Source: Rhizophagus irregularis (lineage: Eukaryota). Taken from it: DNA of 64,000 bases. The notes beneath the pieces are model-generated. The model was not told where the DNA came from and did not search any database. It saw nothing but the letters and a program-made list of their open reading frames with translations. The stretch lies in assembly GCF_026210795.1 (NCBI RefSeq), contig NC_089435.1:2232001-2296000 (forward strand), read 5' to 3'. The translations under genes and the position numbers were made by a program. Positions 1 to 11,921 of this stretch are shown here, piece by piece; positions within the stretch are counted from its first letter, which is position 1, and every line of letters starts with the position of its first letter.

Positions 1-715
1 TTCCAACTTTTTATCTTTTGTTACTTTATTTTAGCAAATGAATTTACTATTATTTTAACCTTTTCATTTCCAATATCAAATATTGATTAATTGCTATATC
101 ACTTTCTGATTATTCAGTAATATTAATTTCATATATTTCTCAAAATATTCCTTTAACTTACTTCTTACCAAGTATATGAGAAAAAAACCCTGTCAATCCA
201 TACCAGACAAGTCTGTGCGACATATTAGTTTCGCGTATAATCGAAATGAAGTTACCAGTACCTCTATTTTTTTCCCGAATAAATGTGAGAAAAGGTGAAA
301 AATGCTTAGTTATGGTACAGGGGTTGCCACATAAGTAAAATAATGACAACAAAAGTATATGTTATGAAGGGCCGAGAACTTTGTAATTTCGAGATCTACA
401 AGAGTTAACTGTCTTTGCGTCTTGCAGGGTAGATCTTCATGTGAAGAGGTATGAAATTTCCATACTCGTGTGCTTTCAAAGCTTTCTTGACATCATACGA
501 TAATGTTAATCACTTATCTCCTTATCTTTTTCCCTAGCAAGATATAAAGCACGTAGGTAGGTGTATGTGGAAGATCAGCCAACTTTCCCACAAAAAACCT
601 TCTCACAAAAAAATTACCAAGGATAGGTATGTATATGCCAGAAATCATGTTTATATGCAAACGAGTTTTTCTCACTATGGGCTCTTGTATTTAGGAAAGC
701 AAGATGCCTTCCCCC

Positions 716-900
716 TCCACTCTAGCTGACAGGTTAAAAGAATATGAAACGGAAAGTTTTATCAATTTTTTACGGGAAGATTCCAAATTAAGACACAGAA
801 CTTGGTGATAAATTTTTTACGAGGCTTTGAGAAGGAAAACATCACCGGACATTTATTTCTTAACCAGACAGGAATGGAGTAAAAATGAAACTTGAAGGAG
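716..900 (+). pseudogene. Decayed fragment resembling the N-terminal SAM-like module of Glomeromycotina expanded/Crinkler-type proteins
   Basis: Broken frames give KEYETESFINFLRED...ELGDKFF.../EKENITGHLFL, resembling the eeLi.FL...e.itG..FL SAM pattern; stops and frameshifts present. Confidence 0.35.
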
Positions 901-2322
901 CTGTGCGAGTAATTTATAATGTTATAACTGAATTCTAATGCGCGTTGTTCTTACGGTCATTATCTTTGGTAACAGATGATCGATGACAAACAAATTTAGC
1001 GGATTATCTTCCCCCAATAAATAGAATTTTTTATTCGCATCATGTAACAATTGTAACATGTTAGTTGTTGTTTCGGCAACGTTATATTATGATATTGATG
1101 TTGCAGAAATGAGTGGGAATAAAGCTAACAGGGAGTTAGTTCGTTTTTATTTTCAGTTTGGAAAAGCTCTATCAAAGCGACTCGCTATACTTTTGCAAAG
1201 CAATCCGCATACAAGGCTGAACAAAGAAGTCAAGGAGGAAAATATAAATGGAGCTATACGCAAGAGAAAAGAAAAATTTATGACATCTTTAACGTGATAG
1301 GGGAAGATAAGATTCATCGTATCAAATCCTTTACTGCATCCAGCTTTTCAGATCTAATAAGAAGTGAGGTCGCACTATATTATAAAAAATTTCGAGATTA
1401 AAATTACTGCGTCCTAGTCACGTGACTCTGTTCTGAATAATCTGTATGCGTGTTTTTACAAGTGGTGTAATTTGTATTATCCGTGTAATTTGTACGGCAA
1501 CCTTGTTCACTCAGAGAAACGAAAATAAAATTCACAAGTGATATTAATGAATATTACATGTGCTTCTGTATTCTATTACAATTATGAAAAAACAATAGCT
1601 AGGTTTGCACCCTGAAAACTTTTAGGTGAAATTTCTGGCGAAGCTTTAACTAACTATGAATGCGGGAGTGAATAATAGGACTAATTCTGCTCGTCTGAAC
1701 CAATTCCTTTGAAATCACCACCGCCGTAATTAATAGTGACATTGGTAACATTCGCACTTTGTAAAAAAGAGGTGTTACAGGCCTAGAAACCACAGGTGTT
1801 TCTACAGATGATGTTACTGGTCTTGACACCGCAGGCGAATCCTCGGATTATGCAACAACTGATGATTCCTTAGGCGACCGTTCAGATCTCCCTGAAGAAG
1901 AACTTGATTGTCGAAGCTTTAGATCCAGAGATTGGCGAGGGATCCGTAGATGCTTCTACATGTGATGATGATGATGTCATACTCGCCCGCTTAACCTCCT
2001 AACGCTGTTCGATTGTCGCACAGACCTGTCACATTAAATATACGTGACTCTTGAACAAAGTACGGATGATCTTTATCTGTTATGTCGGCACAATCATTGC
2101 GTGCAATGCATTGGGCGTTGAGCATCTATACCTAATCTTAAAAATAGTAACTAAAAATGAGTGAAATTCCGGCTTGTTTTTATATACTGAGTCCGTTTTC
2201 GGACTAAAAAAGGCAATAATGAATCCTTTTTTAAAGTTAACATTTTCACTTTCAATAATAAACATTTAAAGTTTTTTTTTAAAAAAAAAAAAGAAAAGAA
2301 AACAAATTTAATAAATTCAATT

Positions 2323-3804
2323 ATGTCAAATTTTTTATCATACCTTCATGTATTCTCAGTATTGTTTCAGTTATTAATTGGAGTGAATAATCCACCTTTT
2401 AAGCCAGGAAAGAGATTTGAACATACTGCTACGATTGTCGACAACAAACTTTTTATTTTAGGTGGATTTGGCGAGAAAGAAGGAAAAGAATTTTTTTACC
2501 TTGATGTTTCATCTCCATTCACCACCTTAAAACCGTCATGGGACGATTTGACGGACATTAACACACTTGAAGCACATTGGGGTGCTATATCCGTTAATGG
2601 TGGTGCAGATAACAGTTCATTAATTTTATACGGGGGAATACAATACAATGAAGACAGTAGTCATAGTAATTTTCCTTTGATTCATATATTTGATGCGCAA
2701 AATAACTCGTGGAGTGTTCCTGAGGTACCCGGTCAGGAACAAATTTTCTATCTTACTGGAAGCGGAGTTATTGATCATAGCGGACAAATGTATACACTTG
2801 AAATTATCCATCAGATGATGGTCGTGTTTGACACGATAGATTTAACTTTATGGAAAAAAAGTTCTATTAATAATATATTTATGACCTTTTATGTCGCTGT
2901 CTTATTACCAGATCAAAATATCATTTATTTTAGTAAGCAAACGAGTTGGTTATATCCATTGCTCGCATTACTTTCATTGATTATTAAAGTTTATATTTAG
3001 GTGATTCGGACGGAGCTGATCCGAACCTAAGTGAGGTTGATAGTTTAACTTTCAAGCGGACAATGTTACAATTATGTGGTTAAAGATTTCTAAAATTTTT
3101 CATTTACATGTAAATAGGTCCTTTTATACAATACAATTGATGATAGATGGCGTGTTCAAGTAAGTTATATAATAAAATCAAATAAAAACTGTTTCTAATA
3201 TATTTTGAATACAGGAAACTATAGGAAACATACCTTCTAATCGATCGGATTTTTCCGCTGTTCTAGGTAAGTATAAAAAATTTTTAAACAAGAATTTTAT
3301 AAATGTTACGACTATAGTGATATTATATTATCGTAATTATAGCATTGGATGGTCAACGAGTAATAATTTTTGGAGGTATAAATGAAAATACTATGGAACT
3401 TATTCCGGGAGAAGACGCACTTTATATATTGGAAATGAAAAATTTTGAATGGTATATCCCAAAAGTCTCTGGAAATTTTCCAGCTCGAAGTAATCATAAA
3501 GCGAACATAATTGGAAAGTATATGGTTGTAACTTTCGGTAAATATTGATCTTAATTATAAAAAAAACTCTTTTCTTTTTTAAAAAAAATATATGTGCTTA
3601 TATGCCGTATTTTACATGATTTTTCATTTTGAAATTTCGATAGGATTATTTTATTTTGACGGAGTTCATATTTTATTGCTTGATATTAGTAATAATGACG
3701 AATATATCTGGACAACAGAATTTACAAATATGGCAATTCAGATAAAATCTAATATTTTTTATTTTATGATCATTATTTTTCATGTTCTTTACCATCTTTT
3801 GTAA
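2323..3804 (+). CDS. Secreted/surface kelch-repeat (galactose oxidase-type beta-propeller) protein, 6 exons: 2323-2932, 3001-3035, 3118-3159, 3215-3266, 3343-3537, 3644-3804
   Basis: Hydrophobic N-terminal signal; kelch motifs RFEHTATIVDNKLFILGG, LILYGG, VIIFGG, RSNHKANIIGKYMVVTFG; GT-AG introns keep one frame to TAA at 3804; hydrophobic C-terminal tail. Confidence 0.85.
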
Positions 3805-4059
3805 CGTAAACTATCACTTTGAGGTATTCTTGCACGAATTTTCTTGTACTTATTACCATTATTTAATTTTATTTAACAAATAAGATCTTTATTGAAAGTT
3901 GAAATAAAGAATTATTATCACACGATATCTCTCACACTCAAGCACAAAAGTATTATAACAAATTAAATGAATTAAGAGATTTGAAGTGCCTATGATTTTT
4001 TAAAAGCAAGTTAATTCAGTTAATTAAGGTTTTATATTCAAATAATATGACTTCTTACC

Positions 4060-4430
4060 TAGTCAATGACTTCAATAGAATCAGTAATTTCCCCAAATTG
4101 AGATAATTCTTCGAAATCAAGATGAATTTTACTTGCACCAAAATTTTCTTCTAAATATTTAATTATCTTTGTGCTAGGAATATTAACAATATTTCCCTAT
4201 AAAATATAAATTATTATTAAACCTATCATAGGACGTACAATAAATAATCGTATTTATATTTACCTGTACGATGACCCAAGTCAAACAAAGTTGACCTGGA
4301 GTTACTCCTTTCTTATTCGCTATTTCGTTAATTTTCCACAAGTTTTAAATTATTGGCGAAATTTTCACCTTGAAAACGTGGAATTGTTCTTCTAAAGTCA
4401 TCTGGGTCAAAATCTTATACTGTATTTTCC
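4060..4430 (-). pseudogene. C-terminal relic of an aldo-keto reductase (YakC/AKR13-like), two exons
   Basis: Reverse strand reads DDFRRTIPRFQGENFANNLKLV / KINEIANKKGVTPGQLCLTWVIVQ | GNIVNIPSTKIIKYLEENFGA with frameshifts and a premature stop; no 5' half found. Confidence 0.75.
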
Positions 4431-5190
4431 CTATAATTATTTTTAATGGATTATAAGTTAAAGCAATCGCAATATATATGGTAAAGTTATTAAAAAAGAA
4501 AGTGAAATTTAAAGAATCCTTAAGAATTGGAAGGAATCTTTAGGGATAATACAATTTATTGACTTCGAATTGATTTTATATATTGTTCTTTTAATTAGTT
4601 ATTTCGACAAATACTATATGGCATTATAATAAGTTGTTATATACATATATATAAATATGACAATAACTTTTTATTTTAATATTCTTGAAAATCTGACTGG
4701 TAGTTTAAGGTTACCAGTTTAGATTTATAAAATTTTAATTTTTAATAATAAATCAATCAAATAAAATTAGTTTCACGGCGCAGCCGTTAAATCATGATAT
4801 TTATGCGACACGTGAAATAACTCTTTTATCTCATGGACCAGTGATGGAAAAAGTGGGAAAAGTATAAATAAACTATAAAAGTACATGAGCATAAAAAATC
4901 AATTAGTAAACATGAGATAAATTTATATATAAGTTTAGTGAAAAAAAAAATCATAAATATGAAATTATTAATAAAACCGGCAAGAACTTTTTTATGATAA
5001 ATTATAAAATATTTGTTAATTGCCCTAATCCTTTTTTTTTTGGACGGTAGTATCACGTGATCATAGTAAAAATATTTGTCACGTAATTTTTAAATTCATC
5101 ATCCTCTACATCACACCCCTGGTTTCCATTTTTACTATTTATCCTGGAACAATATTTTCGGTGCGTGAAAATTTATTTGTCACAAATAAA

Positions 5191-5995
5191 CCACCCTAGC
5201 GTCGCCTCTAAGAAATGGTAGCCGGATCTAATTTGCTGAATTACACATGATTTTTTTGGTACGTTCATGAGTATTTCGATATTTATACACATCTCAATTG
5301 CAACATACGTATTTTATTTATACTACTATTCCCAATATCTTGTATTCTTATTAAATCTTTCCAAGTTCTCGGCATAGTTCTACGATTTTCAAGTGCTATA
5401 ATATCATTATTCATTTTTTTCCAATGAGTTAAAATTAGAACGAACAATTTTTTAATCATAAATGCCGTTTTTGGCTTGTTACGTGATTCTTCTAATAATT
5501 CTTAATTAGTATTTACATCAATAAAAAAATTTAAAAATTACATTTTTATATCATAATAATCATGTATCCCTGTAAAAAAAAGTCAATCTTTTTTCCGTAA
5601 AAGGCTCATATTTCCGGAATTAATAACTTTATATCACGGAATTTATCGAATTATTTACATTTTCCGTGAATGGATCTGGGAAAGGCTCATTTTACGGAGT
5701 TTTTACAGAAATAACGGATAAATTTTTTTATAGGTATATCATATTTAGTATTTCCTGCTTTATATTATTTCGGCAATGTAAATTGTTTTGTTAGCTTGAT
5801 CATGGTCAAATAAAAAACAGTTCATTAAAATGAAGAGAAAAAAAAAACTGATTTAAAATTGATCAAAACGAAAAAATTAATGCCACGCCCGTTGCATCAA
5901 AATGGACGATATGAGATTACCAAAAATTATTATCCGAAATCACGTGTAACCCGGAAAATTAGATCCGGCTACCATTTTTTTGGAGGCGACGGTGG
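5191..5995. mobile_element. ~800-bp non-autonomous TIR element with a nested CCCT-MITE
   Basis: CGTCGCCTCTAAGAAATGGTAGCCGGATCTAATTT (5200-5234) is the inverted repeat of AAATTAGATCCGGCTACCATTTTTTTGGAGGCGACG (~5957-5991); no ORF inside. Confidence 0.65.
5568..5734. mobile_element. CCCT(A/G)TAAAAAA-terminated MITE
   Basis: Short TIRs CCCTGTAAAAAA...TTTTTTATAGG flanked by TAT/TAT; homologous to 12676-12798, 22205-22379, 54919-55041, 61025-61122. Confidence 0.7.
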
Positions 5996-6293
5996 CATTT
6001 GATTTCGGGAAAAGGTATAAAAAAAGAAATTGGTCATGATCATACTCTATTGATATGACCATCAAGATTCTTTAAATTTTTAACAGTAACCCCCAAAAAA
6101 TTATTTCTTAATTTGGACGTGAGATCCTACTGAAAGATTAATTTGTAATTCATTTCGTTGATTTTAAAATGAAAATTAATTTGCTGATCCATGATGAATT
6201 ACATCGGGTTTATATTTATATAAAGACCTTAATCCATTCTTCTCTGCTATAAAATTTTAATCAAAAAAAAAAAACCTATAAATAATATAAACA

Positions 6294-6856
6294 ATGAACT
6301 TAAATATTATTCTCATATTTGTCTTTTCTCTTCTTTTTGTTACGATTTCTCAATCATTGCCCGTAAAACAGATTACACCTTCACTGTTTACCGTCGATGA
6401 TGCTGGAGACAATAAATTGACTGTAACAGTGCCATGGGATGGAACTGGAAATGATGATAATCGTAATATATACTAATATACTACTTTAAATATTTCTTTT
6501 TTCTATTTTATAATAATTGATTAAATAAATATTTATATTTTTTTTTTTTAAAAAAAAAGAAAATCTTGTATCCAGACTCTCTTGTTTTCCTCCCGAAGCC
6601 ATAACCGTCGCAAATTCTCCTCAGGTAAAAATTTCTTTTTATTTTAAAAAATTCATTGGACTGAAATTTTATTTAAAAACTACTTTCATTTTAAAAATTT
6701 AATTATTAGAATCATGTATTTAGTGACCGTAAGGCCTCATTCGAACTAACCGTACTGAAAAAAGACACTACTGTGACTTGTGTATCTGACATTAAACTTG
6801 ATACGACAGATCCCGTAGTTGAAAAATTTTTACTTAGCTTTGATTTTCAAACATGA
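6294..6856 (+). CDS. Small secreted protein, 126 aa, 2 Cys, 3 exons: 6294-6462, 6560-6624, 6710-6856
   Basis: Signal peptide MNLNIILIFVFSLLFVTISQS; GT-AG introns give an uninterrupted frame ...DDN|QNLVSRLSCFPPEAITVANSPQ|NHVFSDRKASFELTVLKKDTTVTCVSDIKL...SFDFQT-stop; TATAAA motifs at ~6219 and ~6248. Confidence 0.8.
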
Positions 6857-8652
6857 TTTACGTTCTACCATAGTAAGACTTTTGATAGTTGATACTGGAA
6901 ATTATTTTTTTAGATTCGAAAATTTATGTATAAAAATTTTTTCACATCCTAGACTAAAATATTATTTTAGATAACAACTACTAATTTATTTTTAATGGTT
7001 TATAATTTTGTATATTTTTGGCATATTCGTATACAGTACTATACGGTAATGCTTTTTAAAAAGTACAAACATATTAAAAGATATCACTATAATATCACGA
7101 CAATAAAAAAATAAGATAATACTGCAAACCAAAAATCGATTTAATATATTAAAATTCTTTTTTCAACTTTATGTAAAATAGGTGCTGTAAATTTTGTGTT
7201 TAAAGTAAGCAATCTAACATAAATGCCGACTATTAATTCAAAAAATTACTTCTTATCGTTGTATTTTGTGAGGTGAAGAAAAACTCACTAAATTTCCGTA
7301 AATGATCGCATGGTTTCCCATGATGTCCCACTCTTCATTAGTCCTTTAGCTTGCTGTTTTACATGAAGTTTCTTGAAAGCCGAATATATTCCCGATTTTA
7401 TGTAACTTCAATTTAGAAGACAATTTTGTGTGACAAAATTGTTACTGCGTATTTACAATAAATAAAACTGCAAAATTTCGGAACTTTCACATGTTAAAAA
7501 GCGGAAAGAATGTTTATCGTACTGTCTGTACTGTCTGTATTTGGATGACAATTTACATAACTAAAAATTTTGTACGGATCACGTGACATACATGAATGAG
7601 GTTTACGTCATCGGATAATACACGTGGGCGAAAAATTCGCAATAAATATTCCCTATATTATATACAATCAAATATAAATGTAGAAAAAAAAATATAACAT
7701 ACTTTTTATTTTAATCAAATATAAATTATCTCCGTAAATTCTCATACAGTAATGCGAAGTACAGAAAAATAAAAAAATTATATACCTTCCGTTCAGATTA
7801 AAAAATAAAAAAAACAATTCGCTTTAAATTATCAAGGACCCTGAGACAAAATAGATAATGGCAGGCGGCATTATGTAATTCTAGCCTGAAGAGATGACCA
7901 GAGCTAATCGTAAATGAGTGTCGATCTCTTGTTACTTTACGAGGTTTTGGAAGATACAAGAAAAAACTTCACATCAAGTTAGAACATATTATTAATCATG
8001 GCACATCAATAGTATAAATATTAGTTACTGGATAGTAGATGTTAGAATATCACCGAACTGCGAAATGTTTTAAAAAAAAAACTAAGAGGGAGGAAACAAG
8101 GAAGAACTAATACTTTTTTTCTAAACACTAAAAACCCGAACAATTAAAATAAATATCTGACATTTTTTTTTTCTACAAAGAAAGATGTTTTTATATGTAT
8201 TGTATATAATACATAATGTAGATAAGTTTATAAACTAAAAAAGGTTCCCAAAAAAAATTTTTTTGTGTAAAAAAAAAATTTAAGAGAGAATTTTATTTAT
8301 TTATTTTTTTTGTAAAAAAGAAACAGTCCCTTTTATAAGATTTTTTTTATGATCGACAGTATGTTATATTACTGTATGGTATATACTGTATATGATATTA
8401 TGATATATAAATAAATAATTATGATAATGTGATCGACAGTATGTAATATCTGCAAAATAAATTAAATAATGTACTGTAATGCTGTGTTTTTTGGCGTCAT
8501 CACAAAAAAAGCATTTATAGACCCATAGATCCTCCATCCATAATTAATTTTAAATTTTAAATTTCCTAATTATTATTCAATTTTTACTTATTATCAATTG
8601 GATTTTAAACAAATAACCAAAATACACGAGATTATTACAACTTACAGTATTA

Positions 8653-9264
8653 ATGGATCAAACTGAAAACAGCTCCACACCTTTACAACACACTTCAACT
8701 AACGGTGTAGGAATATCTATTATGAGTCTAAACGACTTTCATAATATTAATACCGCGACTCCAGCACCTCAAAACGTTATATTTGAGTTTTATTTTCATT
8801 TACCAGATGATACTCGTATCTATCGTGTTACTTATTCTGAATTAAGTCCGTCGGAAAATGTTCAACTTCTAAACGCCTTGCATAATATTAATACCGCGAC
8901 TCCAGCACCTCAAAACGTTACATTTGAGTTTTATTTTCATTTATCAGATGATACTCGTATTTATCGTGTTACTTATTCCGAATTAAGTCCGTCAGAAAAT
9001 GTTCAAGTTTTGAATAATGGAATTAATCTATCTCATATCCCTGATTACCTTTTGCCGGATCATTATTATTTACAATTTTTAATTCGACAACAGATTCAGC
9101 AACAAGTCCAGCATCCTGTTTATCAACAAAATGATATTCAACAACAATCCTTCGATAATTCTCAATCTACTTCCCAAATATATTCTAATGACACCTACAG
9201 TAACGAAACTGTTTCTTACAATATGCAAGATACGAGGAATGCAGGATTCCAGAATTCTTCCTAA
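8653..9264 (+). CDS. Gln-rich hypothetical protein (FEFYFHLPxDxRIYRVTYSEL family), copy with internal 47-aa duplication
   Basis: 203-aa ORF clearly homologous to 41563-42129; 141-bp tandem duplication 8727-8867 / 8868-9008. Confidence 0.7.
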   Translation: MDQTENSSTPLQHTSTNGVGISIMSLNDFHNINTATPAPQNVIFEFYFHLPDDTRIYRVTYSELSPSENVQLLNALHNINTATPAPQNVTFEFYFHLSDDTRIYRVTYSELSPSENVQVLNNGINLSHIPDYLLPDHYYLQFLIRQQIQQQVQHPVYQQNDIQQQSFDNSQSTSQIYSNDTYSNETVSYNMQDTRNAGFQNSS

Positions 9265-9948
9265 GGGCTAAAGACTCTATTATGCATTTTTAATCTTTAT
9301 ACATGCTACTCCATGCAAATTACTTAATAAAATAAAATTATACAAGAAACCGGATAATCTGTCCGGTTTCTTGTGTAAGTTATTTATTTTATTATTTCGT
9401 TTCATCTTATTTTTTTTTTGATTATTTATTCGATTATTTTGTTTTATTTTCTTAATTTTTCTTTTTTATAATTAGAACACTATTACAACATAATTTTATA
9501 TTAATAATAATATATTTATTATAAATTATTTTTTTTATATATAAAAATTATAATTATTTTGAATATTTTAAGTGATCCGATAGCTCAATATAAAAAATTA
9601 CAAGCCAAATAAATAATCATTTGTACTTGTTTTACTGCGGATATATTACCTACGTGCTTTTATCATTTTAAGTTCGGTCATAAAAAATTCAGACCCAGTG
9701 ATAAATTCTTCCAAGTTTTAAACGCAAAATGCAAAATGTCAATAAAAATGTTTCTTTACTTCCATATCTTTTTATATAATTTTTTTTTATAAGAGAAAAA
9801 TAAAAAATCTGAATTAATTTTACATTCACCGAAGGTTAATTTAAAATTTTATATATAAATATTTTATTAAGATATAAAATTTTAACGAAGGTGAATTTTC
9901 ACCTTGAATACATTAAATTTTCCGATATTTTATGGTGAAATTCGCCAA

Positions 9949-11241
9949 AGATAAAGATAAATTTTACCTTAATTTACATAATGTGTAAAACTAATTTTTT
10001 GATGTTTTTATTTTTTATTATTATTATTTTTTTTTAAACTAAATTTTAATATAATAAATATAAATTATATAACATGATAAATTTTTATCTGAGAGGATTC
10101 TTTGACGGAATTTTATTCCTAGTATAAATTTATTCTAACAAAAAACCTAATTTTTTTTCAAGTGAGGAAATTAAGGATATTTATATCCCTTCTACATCCA
10201 GGGTCCATCTTTTAGTGGGTAATTGACATGCAGGTTTTACTACATTATTGTTTATCTAATATATTTTGTGGAATGGCAAACTCCGGTATACAAAATAAAG
10301 ATTAATCCGGTCCCGGATCGTCGAATTTCTTTTCCGTTAAAAAATTTTTAATTTTTAATTACTAAAATGTTTGAATAGTATTGCAAATAATCACAGGTAA
10401 TTTAATGGCTTGTCTAGTAGTTTTAATGTTGTGCATATAATGGAAGGTTTTCAGTTTCTATTCGGAATTTCGTTACAGTAAATTAAAAATTAATTTTTTT
10501 CTATCCGGATTTTTGTTACAGTAAATTAAAAATTTTTATCCGGATCAATCATTATTTTAATCCGGATGATTCACTCTGATTGAAGCACTATTACTGCGTT
10601 TTCGGTTAATTCCCGATTATTCTACTGAAATAAGCACTTTAATAAAAGTCGTAGCATTGAGTACTTTTATCATCTATGTATATTTTCAAATAAATTATAA
10701 TAACACGCATTAGATAAAGATAATTTTTACCTTAATTTACATACGACCCAGAAATATATATCTGATATATTAGGGTCAGGTTTGAGTTTGCGTATTTTGA
10801 ACTTAAAAAAATCATGAAAATCTTTCCTTTTTTAGATAATTTTTGATAATGCCAGTCAGAATTTATTTCCTATTATAGTAACCGGCTGACATTATCATAA
10901 TTCCGGCCCTGAAAAAATGCGTACAGCTCATAGTAAAAATTTTTTTCATCAACTGAATTTATATCCCTTCTACATTCAGGATCCATCTTTTTAGTGGGTA
11001 ATTGACACGCAGGTTTTACTACATTATTATTTATCTAACATATTTGTGGAATGGCAAACTCCGGTATACAGAATAAAGATTAATCCGGTTCCGGATCGTC
11101 GAATCTCTTTTCCGAAGATAAAAAAAAATTAAAAAATTAAAAATTTTTAATTATTAATTACTAAAATGTTCAGATTTTAAGGTAATTTAATGGCTTGTTT
11201 AGTAGTTTTTAATGTTGTACATATAATGGAAGGTTTTCAGT
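9949..11241. repeat. Local direct duplication (~770-bp period); best-conserved ~280-bp blocks at 10178-10455 and 10957-11241
   Basis: ATTTATATCCCTTCTACAT...GGAATGGCAAACTCCGGTATACA...GGAAGGTTTTCAGT occurs twice; AGATAAAGATAA.TTTTACCTTAATTTACATA at 9949 and 10712. Confidence 0.75.
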
Positions 11242-11402
11242 ACCGTGTCGATATGGTAAAATGGCTTTTGTCGTCAAAATAGGGATTCGTTAAAATGGTT
11301 TTGGAAAAAATGTGATGTCGGTAAACAATAGCAAGTAGAAAAAATGACGTTGGTAAATTTTATGTCGGTGAAACAGGTGTCGGTAAAATGGATGGATACG
11401 AC
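11241..11402. mobile_element. Foldback-like element family B (GTCGGTAAAA subrepeats), right arm
   Basis: ~15-bp periodic GTCGGTAAA-like motifs; homologous arms at 17190-17325, 20470-20605, 46660-46730, 53480-53600. Confidence 0.6.
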
Positions 11403-11921
11403 ATAGTTTATACTAGAATACATATATTATTATGGCTGATAATAAACTCAATCTTTAAAAAAAAAAAATTTTTTTGTACCGCAAATATTGCAAAATAAAA
11501 AAAAATGGGAAAACTAAGAAAAATATATGTGAAGTATATGTATGCTACAGCATTAAATATTGTAATATGAATTATAATATTTTATTAATTATAAATGGAA
11601 ATATCTAAATTAGTCTATTAATAAATATAGGAATAATAAAAAATTATATAATAAATAATAAAAATAAATAATACGTATGACTGTGGTGTTGAACACCAGT
11701 GGTGTGATTTATAATTTTTGTTTTAAAAATTAATTGCAAATAAAAATATAGAGATTATATCTAATTTTATAATAAGATTTCATTAAATTTCAAATTTTAT
11801 AAAAAGAATTAAAAGCAGTTTGCTCACACTTATAATTGGTGTTAAACAAAACCATCTATTAAAAAGAAACTATATAGTATTCTGTTTATAATGTAAAATA
11901 ATTAACATAAAAAAAAAACAT

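Noticed and set aside
1550..2030. GC-richer, acidic low-complexity coding-like stretch
   Set aside because: Multiple stops in all frames and no identifiable family
10178..11241. Pair of 280-bp direct repeats as LTRs of a TRIM element
   Set aside because: No TG...CA ends, PBS, PPT or TSD; similarity extends upstream as in a tandem duplication
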